Shown here piece after piece: positions 38,344 through 52,354 of a stretch of DNA of 64,000 nt (positions are counted from its first letter, which is position 1; each line of letters opens with the position of its first letter). The stretch spans positions 62,001 through 126,000 of the forward strand of contig CBFFRP010000288.1 in the NCBI GenBank assembly GCA_965644295.1, in the 5' to 3' direction. The notes beneath the pieces were generated by a model that searched no databases, was not told where the DNA came from, and was given only the letters and a program-made list of their open reading frames with translations. The stretch is from Paraphysomonas bandaiensis (Eukaryota > Protista > Chrysophyceae). A program made the position numbers and the translations under genes.

Positions 38344-38979
38344 ATCTGATCACGATATCACTGACAGGGGCTGTGGATTCAATGATAAGATAGATTTGTT
38401 AGATATCTATCGTGTATAATCGATAGGAATGAATTGAAGAGAAAGAAAACTAGTGGATGTTAAGGTTATATAGAGACCTCCATATAACACCCATACATGT
38501 ACATACGACTGTATGTATATATATATATGTACAGGGTCACTCTGATACTCAGCCATTGAGAGTACAGCAGTATATATTATCCCCAAAATTAAAGCTTTTC
38601 GACATATTTTGGAAAATGTAGGGATTTATATTGACTAAATCAGTGAAATTTACATATTGTACATACTTCTAGGTTAAAACTACAGAATATGGGTGGCCAA
38701 TAATTGTCCTCTACAGTACGTCCCGTTTGTCCAGTTATCTCCTCTTATTTTTTTCAGTTTAGTTTAGCATATGGATGTCTGTGTTGTTGATATGTCTAGG
38801 AGTCAATTAACGGTACAGTAGCATAGTGCAACTTGAATGATATTGCAAGAAACAATATTATATCCCATTATTTTGAGATTACTGAATTTTATATTCACAG
38901 AGGGCTTATATTGAAGTGCATGTATGCATAAGAGGCATCGTGTTATCGGCAGATATAAAGATATAACGGTGTCACTATT

Positions 38980-40068
38980 ATGCACATGTATTGTCTGCAT
39001 CCTATCAGACTGTTGATATTACTTTCTCTTATATTAGAATCTGAGTCTCGTAGTATTGTTAGTAATCGATGGGTGCGACCTGTTGTGGCATTGACAAGGG
39101 AAGCAGAGAAAAATGTACATCTGCGGCGGCTGTTGCCGAATGTATCGTGTGTGGATATCCCATGTATCGAATTTGCTCCCGGAGAAAATACTATATCCCG
39201 CGAAGAGATCAGAAACAATAACATCGTTGTAATAACATCGCCACAGGTGGGTTACGGTGGCGTATTTATGCTATTATTTAGAACTATTTTCGTTTTTCTT
39301 CGCAGGGTGCAAAAGTTTTTGCAGACACTTGGATTGACTTAGGCAAACCAAATTGTTGTGTAAGAAATATTTCAATATAATATTTAATATACATGCTCTT
39401 ATTCATTTATAGGTTGCATCTGTAGGGAGTGGCACATCTGAAATATTGAGGCAGAAGGGTACGAGAGATGGGCCTACTTCAGTGTAATATCCTAATCAAT
39501 TATATATACAGGTTTAGAAGTGACCTTTGAGCCCACAACTCCAACTGCAGAATGTCTTGCACAACAGCTACCAATGGTATTCATTATATGACTTTATTCT
39601 CTTATCCTCTCGTACATTCGTGATGTCACGACATATGGTAGGACCTTGGACCTAAAGTTCTATGCCCGACATCTGATATTTCAAGGACTGTTCTTGAAGC
39701 TGGCCTTCGAGCGCGTGGGTTTGAGGTAACAAAACTGGATCGTTTTCTTTTATGATATTTGGTGTTATATTTAGGTGACACGCCTTCATACCTATTGTAC
39801 ACGTCCGGCAACTTGGACGCCAAATATTCACAATAATGCGTGTGCTGCTGATATTGTCACATTTGCTAGCCCGTCTGCTGTACATGTATGGGCGGACAGA
39901 ATGGGGACAGCGTTTACGGCTGTGGCGATTGGACCCACAACGGAAGATGCTTTACGAAAAAGGCGTTTCAAAGAGGTTATCGCACCTAAGGGCTCAGGAA
40001 GTTTAAATGATTTTGCATTTTGCATAAATGAAGTTGTCCGAAACTACCATCTCTGTACAAATTACTAA
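38980..40068 (+). CDS. UROS: Uroporphyrinogen-III synthase (HemD) with N-terminal signal peptide, multi-exon
   Basis: VALTRE, VVITSPQ, SVGSGT, VTRLHTY, VTFASPSAV, VAIGPTT; hydrophobic leader LLILLSLIL. Confidence 0.92.
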
Positions 40069-40177
40069 TATATATTGCGTTTGTAGTTCTAATTTAATAT
40101 ATCTTCTATATATCATATATCCCAATCAGAGTGGAACTCTTTATTTTGGAAGACATACAACATTTGCAATTTAATTG

Positions 40178-40350
40178 CAATTAATTGTTACGCAGCCCTG
40201 CAGCATACAGTGAATGGGTTTGCCTTTATCTCTCTTTATTTATGGATATTTAGGCTGTAGCTGGAATAATTTGCACATTTAGGATTGGGACTTATGTTAT
40301 TACTAATGTAAATATATAGACAATAGACAGGGCTGCGTATCAGCTAATTG
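40178..40350. mobile_element. Two isolated, outward-facing hAT-MITE termini
   Basis: CAATTAATTGTTACGCAGCCCTG ends at 40200 and CAGGGCTGCGTATCAGCTAATTG starts at 40328; both match the TIR of the MITE at 49517-49650. Confidence 0.7.
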
Positions 40351-40575
40351 GAATTGTAGGTGGTTAATTTACAAAATGTGGGCATTATGAAGTATCATTG
40401 CTTGTAGACAACATTGTACGAAGATCCCAATCCCAATTCAAATGACCTATCATCTAGTTGTATATTGTATATCCATACAGACAATGACTTGAAGAGAAAA
40501 GATGTAAATATTATTACAATCAATATTCAGTGATTAAACGGGCCAAGAATGTAAACGTCAGTTACAACAATACTT

Positions 40576-41585
40576 CTAGATTTCAATGAAAGCTTTCTTC
40601 TTTTTCTTCTTGGTGACAGGCTCTTTCACTTCCTGGACAGATTTAGTAGACTGACTGCCAGCCGCCTCGTCAGCCTTCACAATTGTTTCCTCACTGGCAG
40701 GCACGGGATCTACAGGTCGGGTTGCTTCTGCTGTAGCCTCCGGTTGGCTAATGGGTTCAGACTTCTGCTCCTCTGGAGCTGGCACACTTGTAGCAGCTAC
40801 AGCCTCCAACGGCTGAGCAGAAGTAGATTCTGTGACAGTGGTGCTAGAACCTCCGTCCACTTCGGCACTAGTCTTCTTAGTACTCTTTGATTTCGGCACT
40901 GCATTTGTTCTACGAGAAGCATTATACAAATCCATTTACACTAATGTGATATCTATACCCTGTCTTTTTAACGTCCTGTTCTCTAGAAATAACTTCGCCG
41001 AGGGTGGGATATTCATCTTCCAGAGTCTTCGCTGGCTTCTGAAGGTGTTTAGGCTTACCAAACTTCAAACTTCTATTGAAACGATCCTCCAGTGAGAGTG
41101 ATGCTGATGGTGGGGCTGGTTCAGGCTCTGGTTCCTTGGGCTTCTCTTCAGTAGTTGACTGCACAGCCAATTCGGACTGGCGATGGAACACTTCCTGTAG
41201 AATTTTTCTACGAAAAACCATAGAGGGTGAACTACATATATAGGAATCCTTTACATCATACCTAGTGTCATCCGTCTCAATTTTAGTGCCGATATCTTCT
41301 TCTTCGACAATTTCTGGTGCACTGTATAGATAGCAAACACACATGTAATCAACACAACAGTCTTTCATAGTAATATTATACGTACTGATATTCATCAACC
41401 ATTCTACCACTTGTTACAATAATTTTACGCTTCTCTTGCACTTCCCATTCATCATCTTGGTTGTCTTTGTCTACTTCAGTTTTCTTTACCTTCTCTTTAG
41501 TTGTATGAACTTTATTCGACAATGCTGCTGCGTTTACAGGCTTCTTTCCTTTCTTCTTTTTAAACAAGGAATCAACACCAGACAT
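40576..41585 (-). CDS. Low-complexity charged protein, possibly CDV3-like, multi-exon
   Basis: MSGVDSLFKKKKGKK, DDEWEVQE, LEDEYPTLG; exon chain with GT-AG introns. Confidence 0.55.
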
Positions 41586-42176
41586 TATAATCACAGCACA
41601 ACCAGATGTAAATGTAGTGCAGTGTGAGAAGAATAGAATTACTTGAATATATAAAAGTGGAATACTATGAATTGCTTTCTAGAGTGTAGTATATGCATAT
41701 ATATATATATGTACTGCTACTGTATGGTGTATGTGTATACCATAGTCACACAAACTCCATATGGACATGCAGTTCTGTCAGTCGTAGTCATCCATCTGAC
41801 AGACATCACTGTGGCCGATAGTAGTGGATGGGGACTGCTGGCCAGTTCACTCGAGGAATGGATTCTGTTTGTCCCATTTATTATAGTATTGAGAGGAATG
41901 GGATGCTATTTTTTTTTGTATTGTGTGGATGTATGTGTATGGCGTATGTGGTGGGATATACTGTATATATATGTATATATACAGTACACACAGCACTATG
42001 TATGTATATATATGTGCATATTAAACAAGCAAGTAGTTCATCCCACTGCACTGTGTCTTCCATTAGTATCTTGTGGTAATTGAACAATTCTTTGTTGTAT
42101 TAATAATCCTTATCTGATATATCATCTTCATCATATCACACTACTTGTTTATTATCCGTTTCTTATATCATTGAAT

Positions 42177-43108
42177 ATGTCTGAAAGCCCTGAACACACA
42201 CGATGTAATCGCATGATGGAGAATGCAATTCTTGGAAGTAGTAACATGAATTTATTTGGTAGATGTAACTTGATAGTGGTGTGTGTTTACAGATCGCTTG
42301 ATTGGTAAAATGGTTGCTGAAATAGAGGATTTGGGATGTGCCATCCCTAAAGATTTCTTTGTGTGTGCACCTGCTCCGGATAAGGTTTGTTACCGATGTC
42401 ATATATATATTAGTAGTGGTTTTTATTGGAGATTTAGAATGCTAGTGGAGGGTTTGTCATGCCTACAGATAGTGATAGTGAAACGTATAAGCCAAAGGTA
42501 TGTATGCCTTCAACCTGAAATTCCCTTGTATAATTCTGTTCCAGATAGTAATGTATGAAAATAACATTATCGAGAAAGAAAGCTTCGAGAAAACTTTAGC
42601 CCACGAATTGGTGAGTCGGTTAAATTGATCTACTTCATAATTTACATTGAACTTAGGTGCATGCTTACGACCAATGCAGGGCTAAGTTGGAATGGAAAAA
42701 TTGTATGCATCATGCTTGTACCGAGGTGAGTAATTAAATGAACTGTTTTGAGACGTTCTAATAGTGAGGAATACATAGATACGGGCGTCAAACATGAGTG
42801 GGGAGTGTAACTGGTGGCACGAACTTCTTAGAGGTCATGTGTCTATGAGCGAAGGGAAGATTGAGTGTGTAAAGAGGTACGCGGGTTCTGCATATGCAAT
42901 GTTGCCCGTTATTGTTTTTGCAGGAGGTCAAAGAAGTCTGTATCTTTAAATCCTTACTGCAAGGTATGCTACTAATTTGAGTTTTCTCTTTGTATGTTTG
43001 TTGATATCGTGTTATAAGGGAATATCTGACTGGGCAGTCGATACGGCTTTCAGTAAGTGCTACGACGATATTTCGCCTCTTAATGAAGATGATATATGGC
43101 GAAGCTAG
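42177..43108 (+). CDS. ATP23: Mitochondrial inner membrane protease ATP23 (peptidase M76), multi-exon
   Basis: TLAHEL/VHAYDQCRA (HExxH split by an intron), NCMHHACTE/IRASNMSGEC, CYDDISP. Confidence 0.93.
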
Positions 43109-44164
43109 AAAGTTGAACTGTAGAGTACAAAATTTAATCTTTTAGTGGTAATAAGAGTCATTTATATTTTTCGTCATCTGGAAGTCGAAATGAGAAAAAT
43201 CGGATGAGTGGAATGGGCTTAATGTCTAATGTCTAATATATATAATATTGATTTATAGTCCTATGAATTGGAATCATTAGTAACCTACGATGCAGTATCA
43301 ATCTAGTGATGTTGAATCGGTTAACTTAAAGTTCGCTTAGTACGTGTAAACGGTTGCCTATGCACCTGAGCAATGTTCACCCAATTTCATTGAATTAAGC
43401 GTTAGTTATATGAAACGTACACAACCACTAGTAACTCGCACACTAATATTACACTCAACGAGGCATTTCGAAACTATTGGGATATAAAGAGAATAAAGAT
43501 TTGATATTCTCCTAGCTATTCATAGAGACAATAGACAGGAGTAAACAACGTTACACCGGTAAAATAGTGTAAAAGTATGAGTTATGAGTCAACAGATTAA
43601 AAGATACATATTCTGTTAATGTGAATTGGAATACTTCGTAGACGCTTTGCATTGACATGACGCCACTATACTTCAAGTGCATATCTTTATCTGCAAGGAA
43701 TATAATCTATATCCAGCCCAATGGGGCCGTTCTATACCCAATACAATGCTATTGATATCAGTATTTCAGGTAGATGTGGGTTGTGTCCTACTCTAGTCGT
43801 GTCCGGATCCAGTTCATAATCTACTGCAATGATACTCAGCCATGATATGCATTCTCTCATCGGCTCATATGTGTATCATTGATGTCGTCAGAGAAATGCC
43901 TCTATTTTACGACCAGATAATCGATTTTTTATACATTACCTTCTAGAAATAAGGATTTTCATATATTTTACACCAAAAATGTAAAATTACATAGGAAAAA
44001 ATTAATCAAAGGGGATTTTATCAGTTATTTCTTCCTATTTAATGCCATATGATGTCATGTGTCATATATACATACATACATAACCCTCTAGAGGCGTGCT
44101 TCACTATAGTATTAAACATTAATATAATAGTGAATTATAAAGAGACTGTGTAATAAAAATTGAT

Positions 44165-44996
44165 ATGGGATTATTTGATATAATATCTGATGCTCTCGGA
44201 TTTAAGAAGAGAGAGGCTAAAATTCTTGTGATTGGACTGGACAACTCTGGAAAAACAACACTCATTAATCATTTAAAGCCTAAAAAGGTTTGTATTACAG
44301 TGTATGTATATATATCTTATGTAAAATGTGATGTTATTTAGGCTTCTACTTTTGAAGTTACCCCAACTGTTGGATTTCAAGTGGAAGAGTTGCGCAAAAA
44401 CAATATTAATTTCACAATATTTGATATGTCAGGACAGGTGCGGAGCTGATAATTTATTTTGTGTCACATTAATAGTGTTAAATAGGGGCGTTACAGAACA
44501 TTGTGGGAGCATTACTACCAAGATGCTGAGGTAGGACGATTGTTATTATTTTCCTACGAAGAATAGAGTAATGAGTACATATGTAGGCAATTATTTTCGT
44601 CTTGGATAGCACCGATAGGTTGCGCATGTGCGTTGCTAAAGAAGAACTCGAACAGCTCTTAAACCATGCAAATATTCGTGATTCGTCAATGCCTATTATA
44701 TTTTTTGCAAATAAGGTATACTTGGTTATCTTTGACTGAGATGTGCGCTGAGTTTTTGTTCCAGATGGATATTCCTGGGGCAATGACACCTGAGGAGTGT
44801 ATGGAGGAACTGGAGCTACATGAGATACGAGGCAAACCTTGGCATATAACGTAAGTATTTAAAAGCATCTCGAAGTAAGATATGTAATTGAGTGGGACAT
44901 TGCTGATACAGGTCAAGTAATGCTATCACTGGTGATGGAGTCGACACTGGTATCGAGTGGCTTTGTGATCATTTTATGGGAAATAGAAAGAAGTAA
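44165..44996 (+). CDS. ARL6: ARF-like GTPase ARL6 (BBS3), multi-exon
   Basis: [63 protein letters not shown]. Confidence 0.95.
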
Positions 44997-46035
44997 AGGA
45001 TGTAGTTGGAGTTACGTCTATGAAGCGACTCAACTGCTGACAGTATCCAAACATGCACTTAGTTAGTTTGAATTTTGAATGCTTTGGGCGTTTATATAAT
45101 TTAATAACCTTGAAGATTAATTATATGCCCGTCCTATATGGTGAATAAAGCAAATCTCACTTTGTTCATGCACTGACTGGTTGAAGTGAAAAACTATACT
45201 GATCTTTGAAGCAGCTTAACCATGGCACTATAATCTAGAATGCTAGAAATAAACAATTGACCTTAGTGATGGTAAATCAATGTTCTTGTGATTATTAGAG
45301 TGTAAAGTGATGAACACAGTAAATATAGTCGGATTTCAGAGTTAAGCACTCGTTCAATTGAAATGCTAAATTGACTGGACTCTATTCTATGAATTAAAGA
45401 GTAAATTTAGCTATACAATAATGGAAGTACATTCGGTTTCTGATATGTATGTAGTATGTATATAGGAGATTGGGAAATATTTCCCTGATATAAGACTTAG
45501 TACTTATAAATATATATTATATGATAAACATATATATTATTTCAGGAGTATAAAAAATTGATCTTAGTAATAGTAAAACAATGTTGTGATTATTAGAGTG
45601 TAAAGTAATGAACACATGTAGAATAACAACATAAAACATAACTATCATACTATCAGACACAACAGAATAGTTAGATGTGTAACTGATAATGACGATCATG
45701 CTCACACATTCATCACATTCATTTAAAATCTAGTTAGAAGTCTATATCTAGGTTAGGGAACCATATATTGCTTTTTGATTGATTATGTATATTGTGTAGT
45801 GAAATTGAGGTTACATTAAGGCCATTGATTAGATGCTGAATTGGATGCTCGTCTGGTTGCAGTTTCAGAAAGTCAATTGTACACAATGCTGTTATCGAGG
45901 AGCAGAATAAATAAATAAGTTTCATGTGGTACATATATAATATGGAAAATAAACAAAAGTCCAACGCAAATTGAGACGAAAATAATTAATAATTAACAAG
46001 CACTTCAACATATTCATACTTCTCAAAAATAGGCA

Positions 46036-46515
46036 CTAGAACTTTCTATTCTCTAATAATGACTCATTTAGACTTTCACGACATGAGTGCTCAAATATAG
46101 TGGCTTCATAATAGTAGAATCCACCATATCCCCCCCATACAAGTGCTGAAATAACGAGATAAGCAAAATGCATCCTTGTGGGATGTGTAAACGAGGCTGA
46201 CGCAATGTATACTGACACGGTAACGATGAATGAAGCGCAAATCAAACGACTCAGCAGAACAAAATGTGGCTTAATGATGTCCTTAGAGGCTAGTATCCCA
46301 TATATACCAGTTATAATTGTGCAAGTGAAGCACACTAGGCCATCATCGTAAGACTCATGCATAATTAATCCGCTCTCATATGATCCGCTTAATGTTATAG
46401 CCAAGGCCCAAATCCAGAATATAAAAGATACACCTACTACAAATATAGACTCGAGGAGTATTCGTTTACTGATATCCAATACTGTAAGTTTATTGAGTGC
46501 ATTCAATTCAACCAT
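46036..46515 (-). CDS. Hypothetical membrane protein with about 4 TM segments
   Basis: 159-aa ATG-initiated ORF with four hydrophobic segments, divergent from the S10 gene. Confidence 0.65.
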   Translation of the reverse strand: MVELNALNKLTVLDISKRILLESIFVVGVSFIFWIWALAITLSGSYESGLIMHESYDDGLVCFTCTIITGIYGILASKDIIKPHFVLLSRLICASFIVTVSVYIASASFTHPTRMHFAYLVISALVWGGYGGFYYYEATIFEHSCRESLNESLLENRKF

Positions 46516-47075
46516 CTATCCAACTATAGTAGTGCAGTACTACAATAGTATATGCATGTCACAAGTTATGTAATAAACAAATAGTTTCACTTCTGTATGA
46601 TATAAATAGAAATGATATGAAGGAAGAAGTATCTTATTATATGTTGACCATAGATAACAACTTCATATGGTTTATATCAGAGATTCTATTGCAAAGATGC
46701 ATGCATGCATACATGCATACATAGCTAGACATGTATCTATGTGCTGTGTACATACTCTGTATGTATGTATATGTCGATGTGTATGCATGTACAGGTATAT
46801 ATACTAGCAATGTACTGAGTGTATACTGCTGTATGAATACCAAATACCTACAGTCGCACATACATACACTCCTCTGCTCTGTACAATATACAGCAGCGCA
46901 TGATATGAGTGATGGTACGTACCGCCCGTGTATCATACATATGCACTGTAGTTCCCCGCTACAGAGACACACCATCATACATACATACATACAATACACA
47001 CACATACAACTCTACACATATCTCCATACATTAATTATACATACCTCACTATATAATTACACCTCGTCCAATCTA

Positions 47076-48951
47076 ATGTTATACACCTTGGGCGTAGTTT
47101 CTTCTCTTTTCTGTGGGTTGAGTGCCGTTTATGGTGCTATTGAAGCCGACAAAGTCACCTCCCTTCCTGGCTATAACGGACAACTCCCCTCGACGTAAGT
47201 TTCCATACATTAACATATACATACATATATATATATATTAATATATATTTATACAGTCATTACTCTGGATATATTCAAGTAGGGGATATCTCACAAGTTC
47301 CTGGTCACTTACATTACTGGTTTATTGAATCTGAGAATGATCCTGCTAATGACCCTGTCGTCCTATGGCTTAACGGGGGGCCTGGTATGTATATATATAT
47401 ATACAACACATACATGATATGATGATATATATTATAACAGGATCATCTTCTTTGATTGGTCTTTTAACTGAAAATGGACAGATTGTGACGAATGATGATT
47501 CATTTACCAATCCTGTTGATGGAGTTCCTCAGGTCTTCTATAACAAGTACGGGTGGACCACTAAGGCGAATATGCTCTATTTGGAGAGTCCAAAAGGAGT
47601 GGGATTTTCTTATTGTGATGATGCGAAAACTTCAACTCAGTGTGTGAATACCGACACATCCACGGCCCAGGACGCCTATGAGTTCCTCGCAAACTGGTTT
47701 GCTGCCTTCCCAGAGTATTCCTCCAATAAGTTCTACATCACTGGAGAATCATACGCTGGAATTTACATTCCTATGCTCATGGATCAAATCTCAACGGACT
47801 CTCTTAATGCAAAGCTAAACCTTGTTGGTGCTGCGATTGGCAATGGATGCTGGGGTAACACCGTGGGAACTTGCGCTTTCAGTTCACCTGAGGCGCAGCA
47901 AATTTCCGCTGAGTTTTACTACGGACATGGCATGTACTCACAGACCCTCCGCGCTGAAATCGACCAGGCATGCGGAGACTTTTCCTCTCTCAATATCCGG
48001 TAATTATTTACATAAAATGTAACAGTATTCCATTCTGGCATTAGCGTGTATGTGCTTTACCTGTTCGGGTTCTGATTAAAATATGTAGGTGTGCGGAGAA
48101 GTTATCTGAAATGAACAAGGAACTTGGAAATTTTGACATGTAAGCTCACCATTGATGAACGATATGATTTTTATTTACATGAAACCTATGGGTATTTCAG
48201 TTGTAACTAAAGTGTAATAACTGCAGCTACAATATCTACGATGAGTGCGGAAGGGATGATCGCCGTCGTACCCTCTCTACTTCCTCGCATGCTACCCTTG
48301 ACGAAGCACGTGATGCAATGTCTGCCCCCTCTGTTGTTGTCGAGACTGCTGACTCCTTTTATGTGTCTGCTGGGTATGGACAGGCACTCAATGGTTACGA
48401 ATGCGGTGCAGGTATTATATGTAGAAGGCTATTGTCATTCGTGTAGCTTGCGCAGTATGACGTCGTCACTGTTGTGAATATTTTATTCCATGTATATCAT
48501 ATTTTTGCAATTTGATAAAGCTTATGTTTCATCCATAGAGACTGCAATGGACGCCTGGCTCTCAGAACCTACGGTCATGTCAGCTCTCCATGTGAAGGCC
48601 GACACTGTGGGAATGCAGTACGACAAGACGGCTACCGACTTACGACCCCTATACTCGGACCTTATTCAAAAATACCAGATGCTAATCTATTCAGGTGATG
48701 TCGATGGCTGCGTCCCATACGTGGGAACTGAGTACTGGACACGCAATCTGAACTACACGATTGTGAATGATTGGCACCAGTGGTTGGGCAAGCCAGATGA
48801 CACTCACGCTTTACACAAGGCAGGCTATGCTGTCACATATGATAAATTCCAATTCATTACTGTGAATGGAGCTGGTCATATGGTTCCACAATTCCAACCA
48901 GGGTATGCGTTGGATATGTTTGAGAAGTTCCTGGCTGCCGAGACATTTTAA
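47076..48951 (+). CDS. Serine carboxypeptidase (peptidase S10), second paralog, multi-exon
   Basis: Signal peptide, [57 protein letters not shown]. Confidence 0.96.
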
Positions 48952-49516
48952 GACTCCCTGTCTTTGTATTATCTGAGACTATGGGTACTCATACGTGAAT
49001 CGCAGTATCATAGTACTACTATATGACATTCAGTTTATGCGTGGTAGATTTATAACTGTAATGACTGGGTCGTACTACTTGTAATGAATACTCTGTCCTG
49101 AACAGGTCTTCTTCAGTAATAATAATTGCTAATGAAATGTGACATGTAATGTGGTCAAAAGGGTGGCTTTCAGGGAATGTACGACAGTTTCAAACTAGGT
49201 TTCACTGCTATTCATTTAAGCCTGAGATGACAAGCTTCTCTAAGTGACTGTAAGGATTTGGCTGTGTAAATTGTAAATGCTGGTGGCACGAAAACAACAA
49301 CATCCTACACTATCACTACAGTTAAAATTGTACTGTGTTTGCTGTTCGCACTTCGCAGGCTATGTGCGATTCCTAGTCTCATCAGTTCATTTCATTCATT
49401 GCGTGCTGTTATAAACTCTCTTCAATTGCACAAAATAGATAATGCAGCAGCTCTCAACCGTCTAGACATCTCACATTATCATAATAAGAGCACAGGTTAC
49501 ACACATTACTGTGCAT

Positions 49517-49650
49517 CAGGGCTGCGTATCAATTAATTGTCAATTAATTGAACACAGGTTATAGTCAATTATAATTGCAATAATGATATGATGTCCCAAT
49601 TTCAACAATAGACAATTAATTGAAAATCTATTAATTGATACGCAGCCCTG
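49517..49650. mobile_element. hAT-type MITE, 134 bp
   Basis: Perfect 21-bp TIRs CAGGGCTGCGTATCAATTAAT; 8-bp TSD CTGTGCAT (49509-49516 and 49651-49658); internal CAATTAATTG palindromes. Confidence 0.93.
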
Positions 49651-49747
49651 CTGTGCATACGTGCATACTCTACATTGACTTATCAATTCTTTATTGCAAA
49701 GTTATTCAATTTAGCACTACCACATAGATTTTATATATGATCTATAG

Positions 49748-51185
49748 CTATAGTGTAATGAGCATATCCAATGTTTCGTAATCGTCAGTCATTGATATGC
49801 CGTCATCGTACCAGATCTAGGGGATTTGTTGATAAAATCATATCCAACTACTTCTACAGGATCTATTCGTCATTATCTTCAAACTTTGATAACCAACTAG
49901 ACATCTGCAGTAGCACATAAGCCGGCATAAACATGTGCTCATCAAATACTTACACTAAGTAATGTAAGAGCATTCTGAACAGCTGGGTCTTGCTTTGTAA
50001 ATGCATAATCGAGAGGAGTTCGGTCATACTGTCAGGGATATTAATATAACCGCTGTGCTAAACACAGAGTGCAGCTTACATTATTCTTTAACTTTAGGTC
50101 GGCACCCTTTTCAATAAGATAGGTAGCCCCTGCGGAATACTTCTGCTCCATACATTGGTGAAGGGGTGTTTGTCCATCCTATTCGCGCCAATTATATCAC
50201 GTGTAGGATATGGATAATATAACGCCACCTTGTTTTTCGAATTTATGTCTACGCCTTTACTCAGTAAACAATCAAAGAATTGCACAGCTTTACAATGTGC
50301 TGCAAAGTTAAGAGGTGTTCGGCCCATCTATTTCATAAAATCAAGGGTGATCAGTGACCTTCGAAAGCGACGTACCTCATCACACCTATTGACATCAGCA
50401 CCCTTTTCTATCAATAGTTTTAAAATGGCTTCATTTCCACACTCAATTGCATGATATATCACAGACATTCCGGCCTGCATTATCGTTATTAATCAAATAA
50501 ATTCTGCACAACACAACCTTGTCGGTAGCTTCTATGTCAGAACCCTTCTCAAGTAAAAATGAAATCAACTGACAACCTCTAGAGTTCTCGGCTGTCGAGT
50601 CTCCTTCATCAGGTGGTCTCCGGGCAGCACACATTAATGGAGTTCGTCCAATCTGAAGCATAAATTACGAAAATAACTTACATTGCTAGGTATCATTAAA
50701 CCTTGTCTCTGTCATTCACACTTGTTCCAAATGAAAGCAATAAGCTAACAATTTCTTGTCTATTCAACTTCACTGCAGCGAATAAAGGAAGAATTCCATC
50801 ATGAAAAGACTGTTACATCCCATAAAACCACACCAATTTATATCAAACAACTGCATACATTCTCTGTTGCATTCACATCTGCCCCACACTCTAGTAGTAC
50901 TTTACATGTCTCTATATGTCCACGATTAATCGCCTCTTGTAATGGGAAGTAACCATTCTATAGAAGACATGTATCAGATACTCCATAGATGAGTTGTATC
51001 TATCAGATTACCTCATATCTCTCATTAACTAACTGTGATCTTCTATTTAATTGTATCTTAACATCATTTGATCGATTGGATTTAATAGCATCCCATAACT
51101 CCACTCGTGCTTAATAAAACATTATCAGATATAGTCACCTTATGAATGGATACACGAACTAACCTTTACTTATTCCACCTCCCAT
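49748..51185 (-). CDS. Ankyrin-repeat protein with a putative N-myristoylation start (MGGGISK), multi-exon
   Basis: Repeats GYFPLQEA...GADVN, GRTPLMCAA...GSDIE, GRTPLNFAA...GVDIN, GQTPLHQC...GADL. Confidence 0.9.
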
Positions 51186-52354
51186 ATTTATGATTATCAG
51201 GATGGATATGTATATATATGAATGGGTTATGTATGTGTATATATGTATGTATGTATAAGATGGATGAGAATATGATGGAAGAAGTTTCATCATAGCTCCA
51301 CTTTATATACAGCAGCAGTGGAGTATTTCTTGAGGATTATCATAAAAAGTAGGGGTTTATGAAATTATTTTCAGGGGTTTATGCTTTTTTCATTACGCCC
51401 ATCCTCATATCTTCATATGCCAGGTATGGCTGCCCCAATACACCACACCAAATATGATCCAGGCACAGATCCTCATGGAATAGCACTAATAGTATTGAAA
51501 GATGATATAAGAGAGTGAAATCGTGAAGTATATCAGATGAAGAATGATAGGACACCATTCTACGCCTTTATAAAGCAGCATTTGTCCAGTGAGTCAATGG
51601 ACGCCGTCACGATACATAAAGCCGTCCTCTCACTCTTTGGAAGGCTATAAAGGGGACTCACAGCATCTCCGGTACGTAGACCCCCTGACCTCACCGATGA
51701 TGCCGAGATCGATGATATGAATACACATGCATTAACTTGTGTAATGCATTATTAATGTTGAACAAATCGACTCGGTGAAAATGGAAAATTGTGACATCGT
51801 CGACGACAACTTACATCAATCGTCAAGTCCAATAATGGTCAGCGAAAACGACGACAATGAAAGCCACCGACCCGATTCAGAGTCTTTCATACTGCAAAGG
51901 GGTCCATTCCGGCTGCTTTCTCTTTCTGTATGTAGAATTTCGAATATGAATCATTAACAAAACTGCAATTATTGACTTGAGAAAACTTGTTACTTGTACG
52001 GTCACAAAGTGGTTAAATCTATATTAATTAATAATGAAGAGTTTTGATTTAATAACTGCTATACTTACTGTATAGAGAAGGAGCAAATGATATAGTATCC
52101 CAGGTAGAGATTCTTAAGTCAATAACATATTATATACTTATATACTAGGTAATAGATTCTGGTACCGAAAGGTATATTGCATATTGAACTTTTACCACAA
52201 TGATTTTTCCATTCATTTTCGTATAAATGTCTCGAGAAAACCGTAACACAAAACTGACAACGACTAACCCAGTAATTCTCATTATTACTACGTAATCAAG
52301 AACATATGCTGAAAACATATTTTAATATAACTTGTTTGGTTTTCTCTTGGTGTA

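Noticed and set aside
38543-43843. Shared 14-mer TGATACTCAGCCAT at 38543 and 43830
   Set aside because: A few 14-nt matches are expected by chance in 64 kb.
45256-45616. Imperfect ~60-bp direct repeat about 300 bp apart
   Set aside because: AT-rich and degenerate, with no TSD or terminal motifs; most likely an old local duplication.
51665-51696. ATCTCCGGTAC...CCCCC resembling the reverse strand of the ribozyme J1/4-P4 region
   Set aside because: Only about 15 matching nt; P3/L3, J4/2 and the element body are not recognisable.
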